From contig CAVVHE010000004.1 in assembly GCA_963748015.1 (NCBI GenBank), forward strand, positions 736,001 through 800,000: 64,000 nucleotides of DNA, written 5' to 3'. Shown one piece after another: positions 47,701-56,174 of this stretch. The position numbers and the translations under genes are program-made. Each line of letters begins with the position of its first letter. The stretch's first letter is position 1. The DNA is from Terriglobia bacterium (lineage in GTDB: Bacteria; Acidobacteriota; Polarisedimenticolia; Polarisedimenticolales; JAIQFR01). The notes beneath the pieces are model-generated. The model was not told where the DNA came from. It ran no database searches and saw nothing but the letters and a program-made list of their open reading frames with translations.

Positions 47701-48680
47701 TCGTGGGCGTGCGCGAGAAGCTCGAGAAATCGCGCGGGCTCGCCAAGTCCGGGAAGCACCGGGAAGCCCTGACCCTCCTCGCGGCGCTCGACCAGGAGTG
47801 CCGGCCCTACGAGTGGCTGCACGAGGCGATGCCGGAGATCCAGCGCCTCCGGCAGGCGAGCGAAGGGGAGCAGAGCCGTGGCCGGCGGAAGCTGATGCTG
47901 TTCGGCGGCGCCGGGGCGCTGGTCGTCGTGCTGGCGGTGGCCGGGATCGCGTTCATGTCGGGCGGGGGATCGAAACCGGCACCCTCCCGTGGAGCGGCCG
48001 ACACGCCGCCATCCGCCCCGGTTCGCCGCGAGGAGCCGGCGCCTCCGCGGACCACGCCGCCCGACTCGACTCGCGGCGAGGCGGGACGGCCATCGGGGGC
48101 GGTGGAACCGGTCCAAGAAGTGCGGGACGTCACGGAGCCGGGCCCGCCCTCGGTGCCCGTCGCGCCCTCGGCGAGCGCACGTCCCCCCGCCGGCGAGAGG
48201 CCGGTCCCGGCCGCGATGCGGACCTCTCCGGCCGTTCCGGCCCCGCGGCCGGGGTCGCAACCCGAGACGCTTCGCACGCCTCCGGACACGAGGCCGCCGG
48301 CTCTCCCGCCGCCGGTTTCTCCCCAGGTGAGCGCGCCGGCGCCCGTGGAGACCGCTCCTGCCGGGACGCCGGCCGGGACGGCCGTTTCCGCTGCGGCGAC
48401 CCGGTTCGAGGGCGAGGTGGTCGTTGACGAAAAGCCGGTAGGAAGCGGGTACGCGGTGGTGTTCGAAAGCGTCGGGACGAAATCCACGGTGGAGGCGCGC
48501 ACCGCGGCGAATGGCCACTATTCCGTCGAGGTCGCCCCGTACCAGCGCCACAAGCTCGTCAAGGTGGTGGCGCCCGACGGGGCAGAGACTTTCTCGCCGA
48601 AGGACCCGAACGTCCCGCGGTCGAACAACACACCGGGAAAGCCCGTGGAATGGAACCTCAGGGTGTACAGCCGGAAGTGA
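44745..48680 (+). CDS. Hanks-type Ser/Thr protein kinase with long helical region, TM, Pro-rich linker and extracytoplasmic beta domain (possible T6SS PpkA analog)
   Basis: LGSGAMGEVY, VALK, HRDVKPSN, DFG, YMSPEQ, DLFSLG; TM LVVVLAVAGIAFM. Confidence 0.9.
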   Translation: MSLNGQIGQYEILEILGSGAMGEVYRATDTKMFDRVVALKILSERLSQNEQACARFKREVEVASSLTHPHIVTIHDRGEHDGRPYFVMEYLEGTDLTELIRSHASRTIEQRIEMARQIADALQFAHRHNVVHRDVKPSNIMLTVVGGQEQTKLVDFGIAHIERSSLTRATTQPGTFSYMSPEQLKNDALDHRSDLFSLGIVLYELFTGTHPFDAPSEALITTRILRDEPEPARNRNSDVPAALDSLILKLLEKEPMQRPQTSGEVADALRQILRKLQTRGVATDPSEYSNLDDLTRQMVENLLTWARQKEAEGSLEEALKAYEKAHQLAPDSERLKLKLPRLKHRIESERKLRELLDRAREAVSRGAAGEAREHWRDAWILSPESEEVAALDREIEAAERTSPEDRERKEFVESHIRKVEEALDAGRTDVARMPLVEILKRYPNETLAGLMLDRLMVITASGIPYGEYRGILREAKTALGLGRFADAQAGCRRAQEIWRGDEEAISLEREIASRIQSEVGALVSRIERSIQEAEEPGRDDARAIESVNAALDALEKAAALGADAGWVRAADEQARRRKDEIEERARARERQEREREEQRRKVVGSFLQRGRNLHDEAEALRRRGLPDAERAVDSFQQARSAYSKVLEEEPENGEALEAIRRIDGARSDLEKEIESARRRRSEASGLASVARSALERARAGAEGDEEAQRRSLDLVQEGLEAAERALAMDPALDEAAGSRRELVALGTSLREETARREAARKEIQSRREATIGSALAEGRGLLGKMEPLVSGDLDELAKAEEVGLAAEVSYRKVLALDPDQGEAKEALQVLASYVEHARSELQRRRKEADERARESAEQERRKREAVEAEEKATRGARQAAEAAEKATREAAKAAEQERRESARAEKLRAALSSARQALDEAQSLGSKGGEEGDRLLKLIETSRGSLREATEIDPGNAEARKLAESLESLSAKVSPEIEKARRRAALVGVREKLEKSRGLAKSGKHREALTLLAALDQECRPYEWLHEAMPEIQRLRQASEGEQSRGRRKLMLFGGAGALVVVLAVAGIAFMSGGGSKPAPSRGAADTPPSAPVRREEPAPPRTTPPDSTRGEAGRPSGAVEPVQEVRDVTEPGPPSVPVAPSASARPPAGERPVPAAMRTSPAVPAPRPGSQPETLRTPPDTRPPALPPPVSPQVSAPAPVETAPAGTPAGTAVSAAATRFEGEVVVDEKPVGSGYAVVFESVGTKSTVEARTAANGHYSVEVAPYQRHKLVKVVAPDGAETFSPKDPNVPRSNNTPGKPVEWNLRVYSRK

Positions 48681-48757
48681 CGGGAACTCGATCGCGCCTC
48701 TTCGCCCTGGACACGATCTGGTCTATCATGGGGCATACTCGTTCGAGGAGGCGGATC

Positions 48758-49303
48758 ATGAGACGTACGAAGTGGGTGGGAGCAGTCCTGGTCTCCGTAG
48801 CGGCGATGGCCCTGTCGAGCGTCGCGCTCGCTCAGGCCGCTCCGAAGGTGAAGATCCGCGGGGTGATTTCGCCGCCGCAGGTGTCGGCCCCCGTGAACCT
48901 GGCCATCACCGTTTACCCGGCCGATCAGGACGCCAGCGGAAATTACATCGCCCCGACGCGGGGCGTCCAGAACCGGACCGTGTACTTCGATCCGAAGTCC
49001 ATGGGGCGGCCCCAGGATTTCGAGCTCGAGCTCGAGCTCCTGAAGGAGTACGAGATTCGGGTGGAGATGCTCGATGCGAACGGCGACCCCCTGAAGGACC
49101 GGACGTACTACTTCGCCGACGTGACCACGGAGAAGCCCGAGGGGCGTACGTCGCTTCGCCTGGACATGCCGGTGTCGGTGCCGCTGTCGTTCCGCTGGGA
49201 AACGCGCTCGGCGAACAAGGGTAACTTCCTCTCGCCGGTGCCGGCGGGAAGCGGCTACGTCCTGACCCACTACATCAACCCGGCGACCGTTCCGGGCACC
49301 TGA
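48758..49303 (+). CDS. Exported hypothetical beta-rich protein
   Basis: GAGGAGG RBS; signal peptide MRRTKW...VALA. Confidence 0.7.
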   Translation: MRRTKWVGAVLVSVAAMALSSVALAQAAPKVKIRGVISPPQVSAPVNLAITVYPADQDASGNYIAPTRGVQNRTVYFDPKSMGRPQDFELELELLKEYEIRVEMLDANGDPLKDRTYYFADVTTEKPEGRTSLRLDMPVSVPLSFRWETRSANKGNFLSPVPAGSGYVLTHYINPATVPGT

Positions 49304-49381
49304 GCCCCCAAGAACGACAAGAGCCTCCCGGCGCGGTTCCGACCGCGCGAGGAGGCTCTCCGTCGACGCGAAGGACCGTCG

Positions 49382-50215
49382 CTACTTCGTCCCGCAGGCC
49401 AGGCTGAATTCGGCGCGCCGATTCTCGGCCCACGCCGCCTCGTCGTGTCCGGGGTTCCTTGGCCGCTCCTTCCCGAAAGATACCTTTCGGGCCTTTTCTC
49501 GGTCGACGGCTCCGAGATCCACCAGGTAACCGGCGACGGCGGCCGCACGGCGGTTGCCGAGAGCGAGGTTGTACTCGACCGTGCCGCGCTCGTCGCAGTG
49601 CCCCTGCACCGTCACCTCGGACCCGGAAGGCTGGAGATCTTTGAGAACTGCGGCTACCGACGCAAGGACGCTCTTCGCGTTCGGACCGAGATCCGCCTTG
49701 TCGTAGTCGAAGGGTACCCTCAGGTCAGCGAGCTTGGCCTGGGCGTCCTCGCAGGGTGTCGTCTTGGGAACGATCGTGATCGGGATGGGCGCGTCGAATT
49801 GAGCTACCTGCTGTCCTCCCGCCCCCGTCACGACGCCCTGCAGCGTATAGGTCCCAGGGGGGATCTGCGGGATCGTCGCAGAGCCCCGGTAGGAATCAGG
49901 GTCCGCCGTGGAAGAGACCGGCACCTTGAAGCCGGTTCCCTTGAGTTCGACGTCGAGACGGTTTCCGGCCGGGACGACCGCGCGAGCGGTGACCTGAACT
50001 CCGTCACCGGGCCGCCGCGGCGCCGTCGCGTCGTGCTCGAGGGAGGCAATGGACGGCGCGCGCGCCACGGACGCCTGGAGCGTCACATCGAGGCTCTGCG
50101 GTGCGGTCTTGACCTCGGGGACGGCCTGCGGGGCCTTCTTGCAACCGCCGAGGAACAGGAGCGAAACCGGCAAAACAACAACCAGAGCAGCAATCCGGAC
50201 CGATCGAGCTCTCAT
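49382..50215 (-). CDS. OmpA/Pal-family peptidoglycan-binding lipoprotein with N-terminal Ig-like domain
   Basis: Lipobox LGGC; FDYDKADL, GHCDERGTVEYNLALGNRRA, SFGKERP, NRRAEF. Confidence 0.88.
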   Translation of the reverse strand: MRARSVRIAALVVVLPVSLLFLGGCKKAPQAVPEVKTAPQSLDVTLQASVARAPSIASLEHDATAPRRPGDGVQVTARAVVPAGNRLDVELKGTGFKVPVSSTADPDSYRGSATIPQIPPGTYTLQGVVTGAGGQQVAQFDAPIPITIVPKTTPCEDAQAKLADLRVPFDYDKADLGPNAKSVLASVAAVLKDLQPSGSEVTVQGHCDERGTVEYNLALGNRRAAAVAGYLVDLGAVDREKARKVSFGKERPRNPGHDEAAWAENRRAEFSLACGTK

Positions 50216-50259
50216 GATCGACCTCTTCGATGTCGCGAGGGCCTTCGGACAGCCTCGGC

Positions 50260-50889
50260 TCAGGGGTTCGACGGCGACGAGGAGCCGCTGCTACCGCCTC
50301 CGGCGGCGAGCGCGGCGAGCGCGCCGGCGCCCAACACGATGCCGATCACGCCACCGGTGGTCTTCCACCAGGGCTTCTTCGCCCCCGGAGCCGGAGCCTG
50401 CGTCGCCGGCGCCGGCGGCGTGGCCGGCGTGGGCTTCGAAGGTTCCGCGGCGGCCTTCGGGGGCTCCGCCGGCGGAGCCGCGGGCGTGGGTTCGGTGGCC
50501 TGGGCTCCCTGCAGCTGGAACTGCACGTCGCGACGGTAAACGCCTGCTGCCCGTACCGGCAGGGGAGATCCCGCCTGGATGGGAAGGCGCGTTCCGTCCG
50601 GCGCGAGCGCGGTGGTCAGAAGGAACCGGGAGCCCACGGGAACCTGGAGGGAGTACTCTCCGGCCGCGTTGCTGGCCGAGCTCGTGTACTCCGTTCCGCT
50701 GACGACGTCCTTGAACACGACCTTGAACCCCGGCGTCGGCCGTCCCGTCGGGTCGAGGATCACGCCCTGGAGGGTGGCTGACTGCTGGGCGTACGCCACG
50801 GGCATCGCGAGCGTCGGTGCCAGAAGCGCTAGGCTCAAGACGGCGACGAGCGTGCGACGGATCCACCCGCTCCCTTCGAATCTCCTCAT
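50260..50889 (-). CDS. Exported protein with carboxypeptidase-regulatory-like domain, Pro/Ala linker and C-terminal hydrophobic tail
   Basis: Signal peptide; LQGVILDPTGRP...GEYSL; KKPWWK followed by a hydrophobic Gly-rich tail. Confidence 0.7.
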   Translation of the reverse strand: MRRFEGSGWIRRTLVAVLSLALLAPTLAMPVAYAQQSATLQGVILDPTGRPTPGFKVVFKDVVSGTEYTSSASNAAGEYSLQVPVGSRFLLTTALAPDGTRLPIQAGSPLPVRAAGVYRRDVQFQLQGAQATEPTPAAPPAEPPKAAAEPSKPTPATPPAPATQAPAPGAKKPWWKTTGGVIGIVLGAGALAALAAGGGSSGSSSPSNP

Positions 50890-51161
50890 GGAACGATCTC
50901 CCTATTGGTTGCCGTGAAGACTCCGGGAAAAACGCTTCCCGCAGGCGAATTCAACGACATGGATCGACTTGTGTCAAGGGGAATCTCCTCGTTCGCGACG
51001 TGGCGCGCTCGCCGCCGCTCGACACCGGTATATACTCGGCCCGGCCGGAACGTCCCCGTTGAACGGGAGCGTCCCGGAGACGAAAGCGCGACGGCCGAGC
51101 CCGCGCCGCGGAGGCCCGCGGGCATCGGAGCCACGATGGCCTCCATCGTCCGAGGGATCGC

Positions 51162-53195
51162 ATGAGTCCGGCCGAGCCCGGCGCTCGGGGTCGAGCGAGA
51201 GTGCAGGAAGTGCTCGCGCGGGCCCTGGGGGCTTTGGACGGGGTTCTGCTCGAGACGCCGGTCGGGCAGGAATCGACGGACGACGCCCAGGTGCTCCGTC
51301 CGGACGATGGCCCCCGACTCTTGGTTCCCGTCGAGGTGTCGAAACGCGGCGGCCGGCGGTCGCTCGCGCTGCTTCGAGTTCTTCCCCTCGCGATGCCCGG
51401 CGCCACGTCTCCGCCGAAGGGTGGCGCCGCCCCGGGCCGCTGGCGGCAGGAGTGGGAGGACTTGACCTCGCCGGCGCGCGGTGACGCGGGCGTGCCCAAT
51501 CCTCATCCGGCCGGCGTCGCGCTGCCTCGCCACGCGCCGGTTCTCCCTCCGCTCTTCTACTGCCGCGCGAAGAACGTGTGGATCGCCGCGGTGTGTCCGG
51601 GCTGTGGAGGTCCCGGCGACGGCGCGTCCACGGAAAACCGCTGCGCTTCGTGCGGCTCGCCGGCCTCCGCGGCCTCCGGCGGGAGCCCCGCCGCCTTGCC
51701 GCCGCTTCGCGCGCTCTGGGATCGCGTGAACGGGAAGGGCACGGGCGACGAGCTCGACCCCGCCTGCGTCTCGTGCGATCGCAGGACGGCATGCTTCCCG
51801 TCGAGCGGCCCGCCGGAAGGACCGGGAGCGGCCGTCGATGCGCTGCAGGCGATCTCGTCCTCGCCATGGGGCGGAGTCCTGCTGGAGCCGTTCCACCTGC
51901 CCTTCGACGCATGGTGCCGTCTCGCGAGCGGGACCTCTTGGATGGAAGTGCGCCCGTCTCTCTCCGGCGTCCCGGCTTCCATCCTCGAGGAGGCCGACGC
52001 CCGCCTTCGCGAGGAGCGGCCGTTTCTCCAGCCCGAGGCTTCCCGCGAGCCGTTCGGGCTAGAGTCGCTCCTGCTGCGGCTCGAGACGCTGAGGCAGCTG
52101 CTCGAGGGGCTGCGGGCGCTCGCCGTCGAGGCCGGGCATCCCCATCTCGGTCTCGCTCCCGGAACGGTATGGGTCCGGCTCGAGGAGCCGGGAAGCCTGC
52201 GCACGGCGCTCTGGGGTGCTCGGTTGTCGTTCGTGGACACCTCGCCCGGCTGGGCTCCCGAGCGGGGTGGAGGGAAGGCGCCGTCGCTCCGCCCGCCGTT
52301 TCTCGTGCCTCCCGGCTGCGAGCGCGGCGACGAGTCGTTCGAGGGACTGTGCATCGCGCGCGCGAGCGGAGGGGTCGTGGCCGACAAGGGCGCGATCGGA
52401 ATCGACTTCCTTCCGAACGCCCCCCTCGCCCGCCCCCCGGCGAAGGGAGACGCGGTGCTCCTCGGCGTGCCGGGTCCCAAGAGCGGAGACGTCGAGCGGG
52501 TCCTCTCCGCTCGCGTGGAGATCGGCTTCCCCGAGGTCTGCCGCATCCTGGTGAGCGACCCGGCGCTGACCTCCGACGAGATTCGCGGCCTCCTCACCGG
52601 CGCCGCCGTCAAGCTCTGGTTGAGGCGAGATCACTCGCTGGTCGACGACCTCTTCGCCGCCGGGACGCTGTTCCTGTCGAGCCTGCTTCGGGCGCCGGGC
52701 GACGCGGCGGAGGCCGCGCGCTTCCGGGACGCGCTGGCCCCGCGCCTCCTGGGGGCCGGCGGAGCGGACGGGGGGGCCACCGAGGCGCTTCGCGCCGTGA
52801 CGTCGAGCGGGCTGTTTCCCGTGCACGACATGTCGAGTCCCGCGGGGTCGAGCCCGGCGTCAAGGGGAGTCACGGCGATGCTCGACCGCGCGCTGACGGC
52901 CAGGGCCGTGGCCCTGGGGATGCGGTTGTGCGCGGCGGTTCCGGGGGGATTCCCCTGCCAGGCGCACGAGCCGGTCGGCCCGGCCGAGAGGGAGCGCGCC
53001 TATCTTGGGTTGCTCTCGGACCTCACGGCCTTCTCGCGCGACGTACGGGAGCGCCTTCTCGCGACCGCGGCCACCGGGGACACCGCGCTCGCCGCCCTCG
53101 GCGCCTTCGCCGTCGAGCGCCTCAAGGCGCTCGCGGAGGGCCGCCCCGTCCACGGGAGCGGCGTCGCCCCGGTATCCGGAAAGGAGCCGCGATGA
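51162..53195 (+). CDS. Hypothetical protein with Cys clusters and degenerate kinase-like motifs, first gene of the T6SS operon
   Basis: CPGC, CASC, CVSC...C motifs; HPHLGLAPGTVWV and DDLFAAG. Stop overlaps the next start (ATGA). Confidence 0.55.
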   Translation: MSPAEPGARGRARVQEVLARALGALDGVLLETPVGQESTDDAQVLRPDDGPRLLVPVEVSKRGGRRSLALLRVLPLAMPGATSPPKGGAAPGRWRQEWEDLTSPARGDAGVPNPHPAGVALPRHAPVLPPLFYCRAKNVWIAAVCPGCGGPGDGASTENRCASCGSPASAASGGSPAALPPLRALWDRVNGKGTGDELDPACVSCDRRTACFPSSGPPEGPGAAVDALQAISSSPWGGVLLEPFHLPFDAWCRLASGTSWMEVRPSLSGVPASILEEADARLREERPFLQPEASREPFGLESLLLRLETLRQLLEGLRALAVEAGHPHLGLAPGTVWVRLEEPGSLRTALWGARLSFVDTSPGWAPERGGGKAPSLRPPFLVPPGCERGDESFEGLCIARASGGVVADKGAIGIDFLPNAPLARPPAKGDAVLLGVPGPKSGDVERVLSARVEIGFPEVCRILVSDPALTSDEIRGLLTGAAVKLWLRRDHSLVDDLFAAGTLFLSSLLRAPGDAAEAARFRDALAPRLLGAGGADGGATEALRAVTSSGLFPVHDMSSPAGSSPASRGVTAMLDRALTARAVALGMRLCAAVPGGFPCQAHEPVGPAERERAYLGLLSDLTAFSRDVRERLLATAATGDTALAALGAFAVERLKALAEGRPVHGSGVAPVSGKEPR

Positions 53196-54007
53196 GCGAC
53201 GTCGACCGGATCGTGGACGCGCTGCGGGAGGAGTCGCAAAAGCAGGGGGCGCCGGGGGAGCAGCGGTCCGCCGCGCTCGAGATCCTGAGGCGCGAGATGT
53301 CGGGGATGGCCAGGGACGAGCTCCTGGCCGAGCTCTCGAGGGTCCGCGGGAAGCTCGCCCCCTCCGACCGCGACAGCGAGGCGGCCAAGCTCTGGGAGGC
53401 GCTCGGGGTTGTCGCGGGCCAGGCGCGCGAAGCCTCGGCGGCGGCGGCGACCGGAACGGGAGGCGCCGGGGTGGATCTCCTCCTGCGCGAGATGCTCGGC
53501 CCCGAATGGAAGGAGGACGCTGCGAGCTCGGCGGAAGTCCGGGCGCGTCTCGGCCTCGTGATCCGGCGTATCGTGGACACGCTCACGCGGTGCGACGAGG
53601 CGCTCCGCCGGCTCAATCTCGACCTGAGAACGCACATGATGCTGGAGGGTCGCAGCGGGGGCACGGTCGTGGGCCTCAAGCTCGAGGAACCGATGCGGAA
53701 GCTGATCGCCCGCGCGGTTCTGGGGACGGGCGACGTCGGCGAGGTCGAGAAGCGGGTGGAGGGGATCGCGAAGTCGGGTGTGCTGTTCCACAACGCCCAC
53801 GTCGCCAGCAACCGGCAGGCCTGGGAGACGATCCGGGGCCGCCTCGATCCGCAGGCGGTGCAGAAGGAGCACGGCGGAAAGGCATGGGAAGCCTATCGCC
53901 GCCTGTACCACAACGAGTTCCTGGATTTCGGCGCGGAATTCGAGGAGCAGTTCGTGACGAAGCCCTTCCTCCAGGAGTATTTCCGCACCCTGGACAAGGT
54001 GAGGTGA
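53192..54007 (+). CDS. T6SS-associated protein resembling the C-terminal domain of TagH/Fha, without an FHA domain
   Basis: RLDPQAVQKE..KAWEAYRRLY...F...F..PFLQEY C-terminal pattern; AAGGAG RBS; directly upstream of tssK. Confidence 0.55.
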   Translation: MSDVDRIVDALREESQKQGAPGEQRSAALEILRREMSGMARDELLAELSRVRGKLAPSDRDSEAAKLWEALGVVAGQAREASAAAATGTGGAGVDLLLREMLGPEWKEDAASSAEVRARLGLVIRRIVDTLTRCDEALRRLNLDLRTHMMLEGRSGGTVVGLKLEEPMRKLIARAVLGTGDVGEVEKRVEGIAKSGVLFHNAHVASNRQAWETIRGRLDPQAVQKEHGGKAWEAYRRLYHNEFLDFGAEFEEQFVTKPFLQEYFRTLDKVR

Positions 54008-54071
54008 GGATCGTGCGGTATCACGCGCGCGGGAGCCGGCGGGAGCCGGCGCGAGGAGAACGGCAAACGTC

Positions 54072-55397
54072 ATGAGAAATCTCTCTCCCGTCATCTGGAG
54101 CGAGGGGCTCTTCCTGAGACCCCACCACTTCCAGCAGCAAGATCGCTACCACGAGGACCGTCTCGGGCTCCAGCTCGAGCTCCTCGACCGTTTCCACTGG
54201 GGCGTGGCCGCGCTCGAGATCGAGAGGTCCGCGCTCCGAAACCGCGTGGTGGAGGTCTCGAGGGCGGTCGTGGCCTTCCCGAGTGGGGCCGTGGCCGTGG
54301 CCCCCGAGAACGCCCAGGTGGATCCTCGAAGCTTTGCCGATCACCTGCAGCCGGCGGGACAACCCATCGAGGTGTATCTGGGCCTTCCGCGGCTGCAGAC
54401 GCACGAGCCGAACGTCGCCGATCCCGATTCCCCCGGCCACGGGACCCCGCGGTACCGCGTTCGGACGCGAGAAGTCCGGGACGAGGTTTCCGGAGAACGA
54501 CCGGCCGCGATGGATTTCGCCGTCGGGAACCTGAGGCTGCTGTTCGGAGACGAGGACCGGGGCGGCTTCGAGTGCGTCAGGATCGCCGAGGTCGTCCAGA
54601 AGGGCGCGGACCTGTTCGAGTACGTGGACGCATTCGTTCCCGCGTGCCTCCGGGTGGACGCCGTTCCGGAGCTTGCGCGTCTGTGCAACCGCGTGCGCGA
54701 CGCGGTCTCGGCGACCGCGCGGACCGGGCACGGGCTGAAGCCCGAGCGAAGCGAGGTGGACCCGAACTTCGCGATCCGGCTCGTCACGGTGAACACCTAC
54801 GTCGCTCTCGTCAACCACCTCCTCGGCAGCGGAAACGCTCACCCCTACGAGTTCTACGGCGTCATGACGGCGCTTGCGGGGGCCATGTCCTCCTTCTCGA
54901 GGGATGCCGAGGCGTGGGACGTGTCCCCCTACCTGCACGAGAGCCCCGGATCGGCCTTCAGGGAGACCGCCGAGAAGATCGACCACTACCTCGATCTCGC
55001 GTTCCCGAGAAAGTACGTCGAGGTACGCCTGCCGTGGAACGCCACGAGCAACTGCTACGAGGCCGCGCTCTCCGACGATCACTTCAAGGAGGGATACAAG
55101 TATTGCCTCGCGTGCGCGGGGGACCGGCCGCCGGAGGCGATCCGGACGCAGGTCCACGGCACCGCCAAGGTCGGCGCCCCGGAGAAGATCCCCACGCTGC
55201 GGAACCTAGCGCTCCGCGGCGTGGCCATTCGACCCCTCGACACGTCCCCGCCGGAGATCCCGCGCCGCGCCGCGGCCTATTTCCACGTGGACCCGATCGG
55301 GCCGGAATGGGACAAGGTCCGCGAGGTGAAGCGCCTCGCGGTCTATCTCCCGTCCCTCAACGATCTCGCGCTGTCGCTCTTCGTGATCCGTCCCTGA
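54072..55397 (+). CDS. tssK: T6SS baseplate subunit TssK
   Basis: VIWSEGLFLRPHHFQQQDRY, HPYEFY, KVGAPEKI...ALRGVAI...PPEIP. Confidence 0.93.
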   Translation: MRNLSPVIWSEGLFLRPHHFQQQDRYHEDRLGLQLELLDRFHWGVAALEIERSALRNRVVEVSRAVVAFPSGAVAVAPENAQVDPRSFADHLQPAGQPIEVYLGLPRLQTHEPNVADPDSPGHGTPRYRVRTREVRDEVSGERPAAMDFAVGNLRLLFGDEDRGGFECVRIAEVVQKGADLFEYVDAFVPACLRVDAVPELARLCNRVRDAVSATARTGHGLKPERSEVDPNFAIRLVTVNTYVALVNHLLGSGNAHPYEFYGVMTALAGAMSSFSRDAEAWDVSPYLHESPGSAFRETAEKIDHYLDLAFPRKYVEVRLPWNATSNCYEAALSDDHFKEGYKYCLACAGDRPPEAIRTQVHGTAKVGAPEKIPTLRNLALRGVAIRPLDTSPPEIPRRAAAYFHVDPIGPEWDKVREVKRLAVYLPSLNDLALSLFVIRP

Positions 55398-55420
55398 CGG
55401 CGCCGCAACGGAGGAGTTCC

Positions 55421-56167
55421 ATGGAGACACCCCAGCCCGCGCGACAGCGCTTCTCGACGACGCAGGAGGCGCCCTCGGCGCCGAAGAGCTCGCAGGAGCG
55501 CGCGACGCTCCGCGAGATCTATGCGCCCGTCCTCGCCTACGTCGTTCTCTTTCAGAGGGCCTCCGACCAGGGGGCGGTCACCGTGGACAAGCTCAGGCAG
55601 GAGATCCGCGGGCTGCTCGACCGCGCGGGGCAGCACGCCCTGATGTCCGGCTACCGCTCGGAGCGGGTCAACTGGGTCCGTTTCTCGATCGTCGCCTTCG
55701 TGGACGAGGTCGTGCTGAACTCGAACTGGGCCTACCGCTCGACCTGGATGGAGCGGCCGATGCAGTTCGACGAGTTCGAGACGACCGTAGCGGGCGACCA
55801 GTTCTTCGACCGGATCGAGGGCGCGGCGGAAGTGGATCCCGAGGTCGCGGAGATCGACTTCATGATCATCAGTCTGGGATTCAAGGGGCGGTACGTCGGG
55901 AACGAGACCGAGCTCACGACCGTGAGGCGGCGGCTCTTCAAGAAATTTCCCCCCGAAGCCGTCTTGAGCGTCCCGCAGCTCACCCCCGAGGCCTACGAGA
56001 CGAAGGTCGAGGGAATCGAGGAGGTCGAGGACCGATGGAAGGTGTGGCAGTGGGTCGTGGTCGGCGGGCTGGCGATCCTGGTCGTCGCCGTCTGGGGGTT
56101 GCTGCAGTGGAGTCTCGGGAGCGCGGTAGGGGACTACCGCGACGCGCTCTCGCGGATCGCGAGGTGA
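55421..56167 (+). CDS. tssL: T6SS membrane subunit TssL (DotU), no OmpA domain
   Basis: AFVDEVVL, PMQ...AGDQFF, SLGFKGRY, single C-terminal TM. Confidence 0.9.
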   Translation: METPQPARQRFSTTQEAPSAPKSSQERATLREIYAPVLAYVVLFQRASDQGAVTVDKLRQEIRGLLDRAGQHALMSGYRSERVNWVRFSIVAFVDEVVLNSNWAYRSTWMERPMQFDEFETTVAGDQFFDRIEGAAEVDPEVAEIDFMIISLGFKGRYVGNETELTTVRRRLFKKFPPEAVLSVPQLTPEAYETKVEGIEEVEDRWKVWQWVVVGGLAILVVAVWGLLQWSLGSAVGDYRDALSRIAR

Positions 56168-56174
56168 GACGGCC

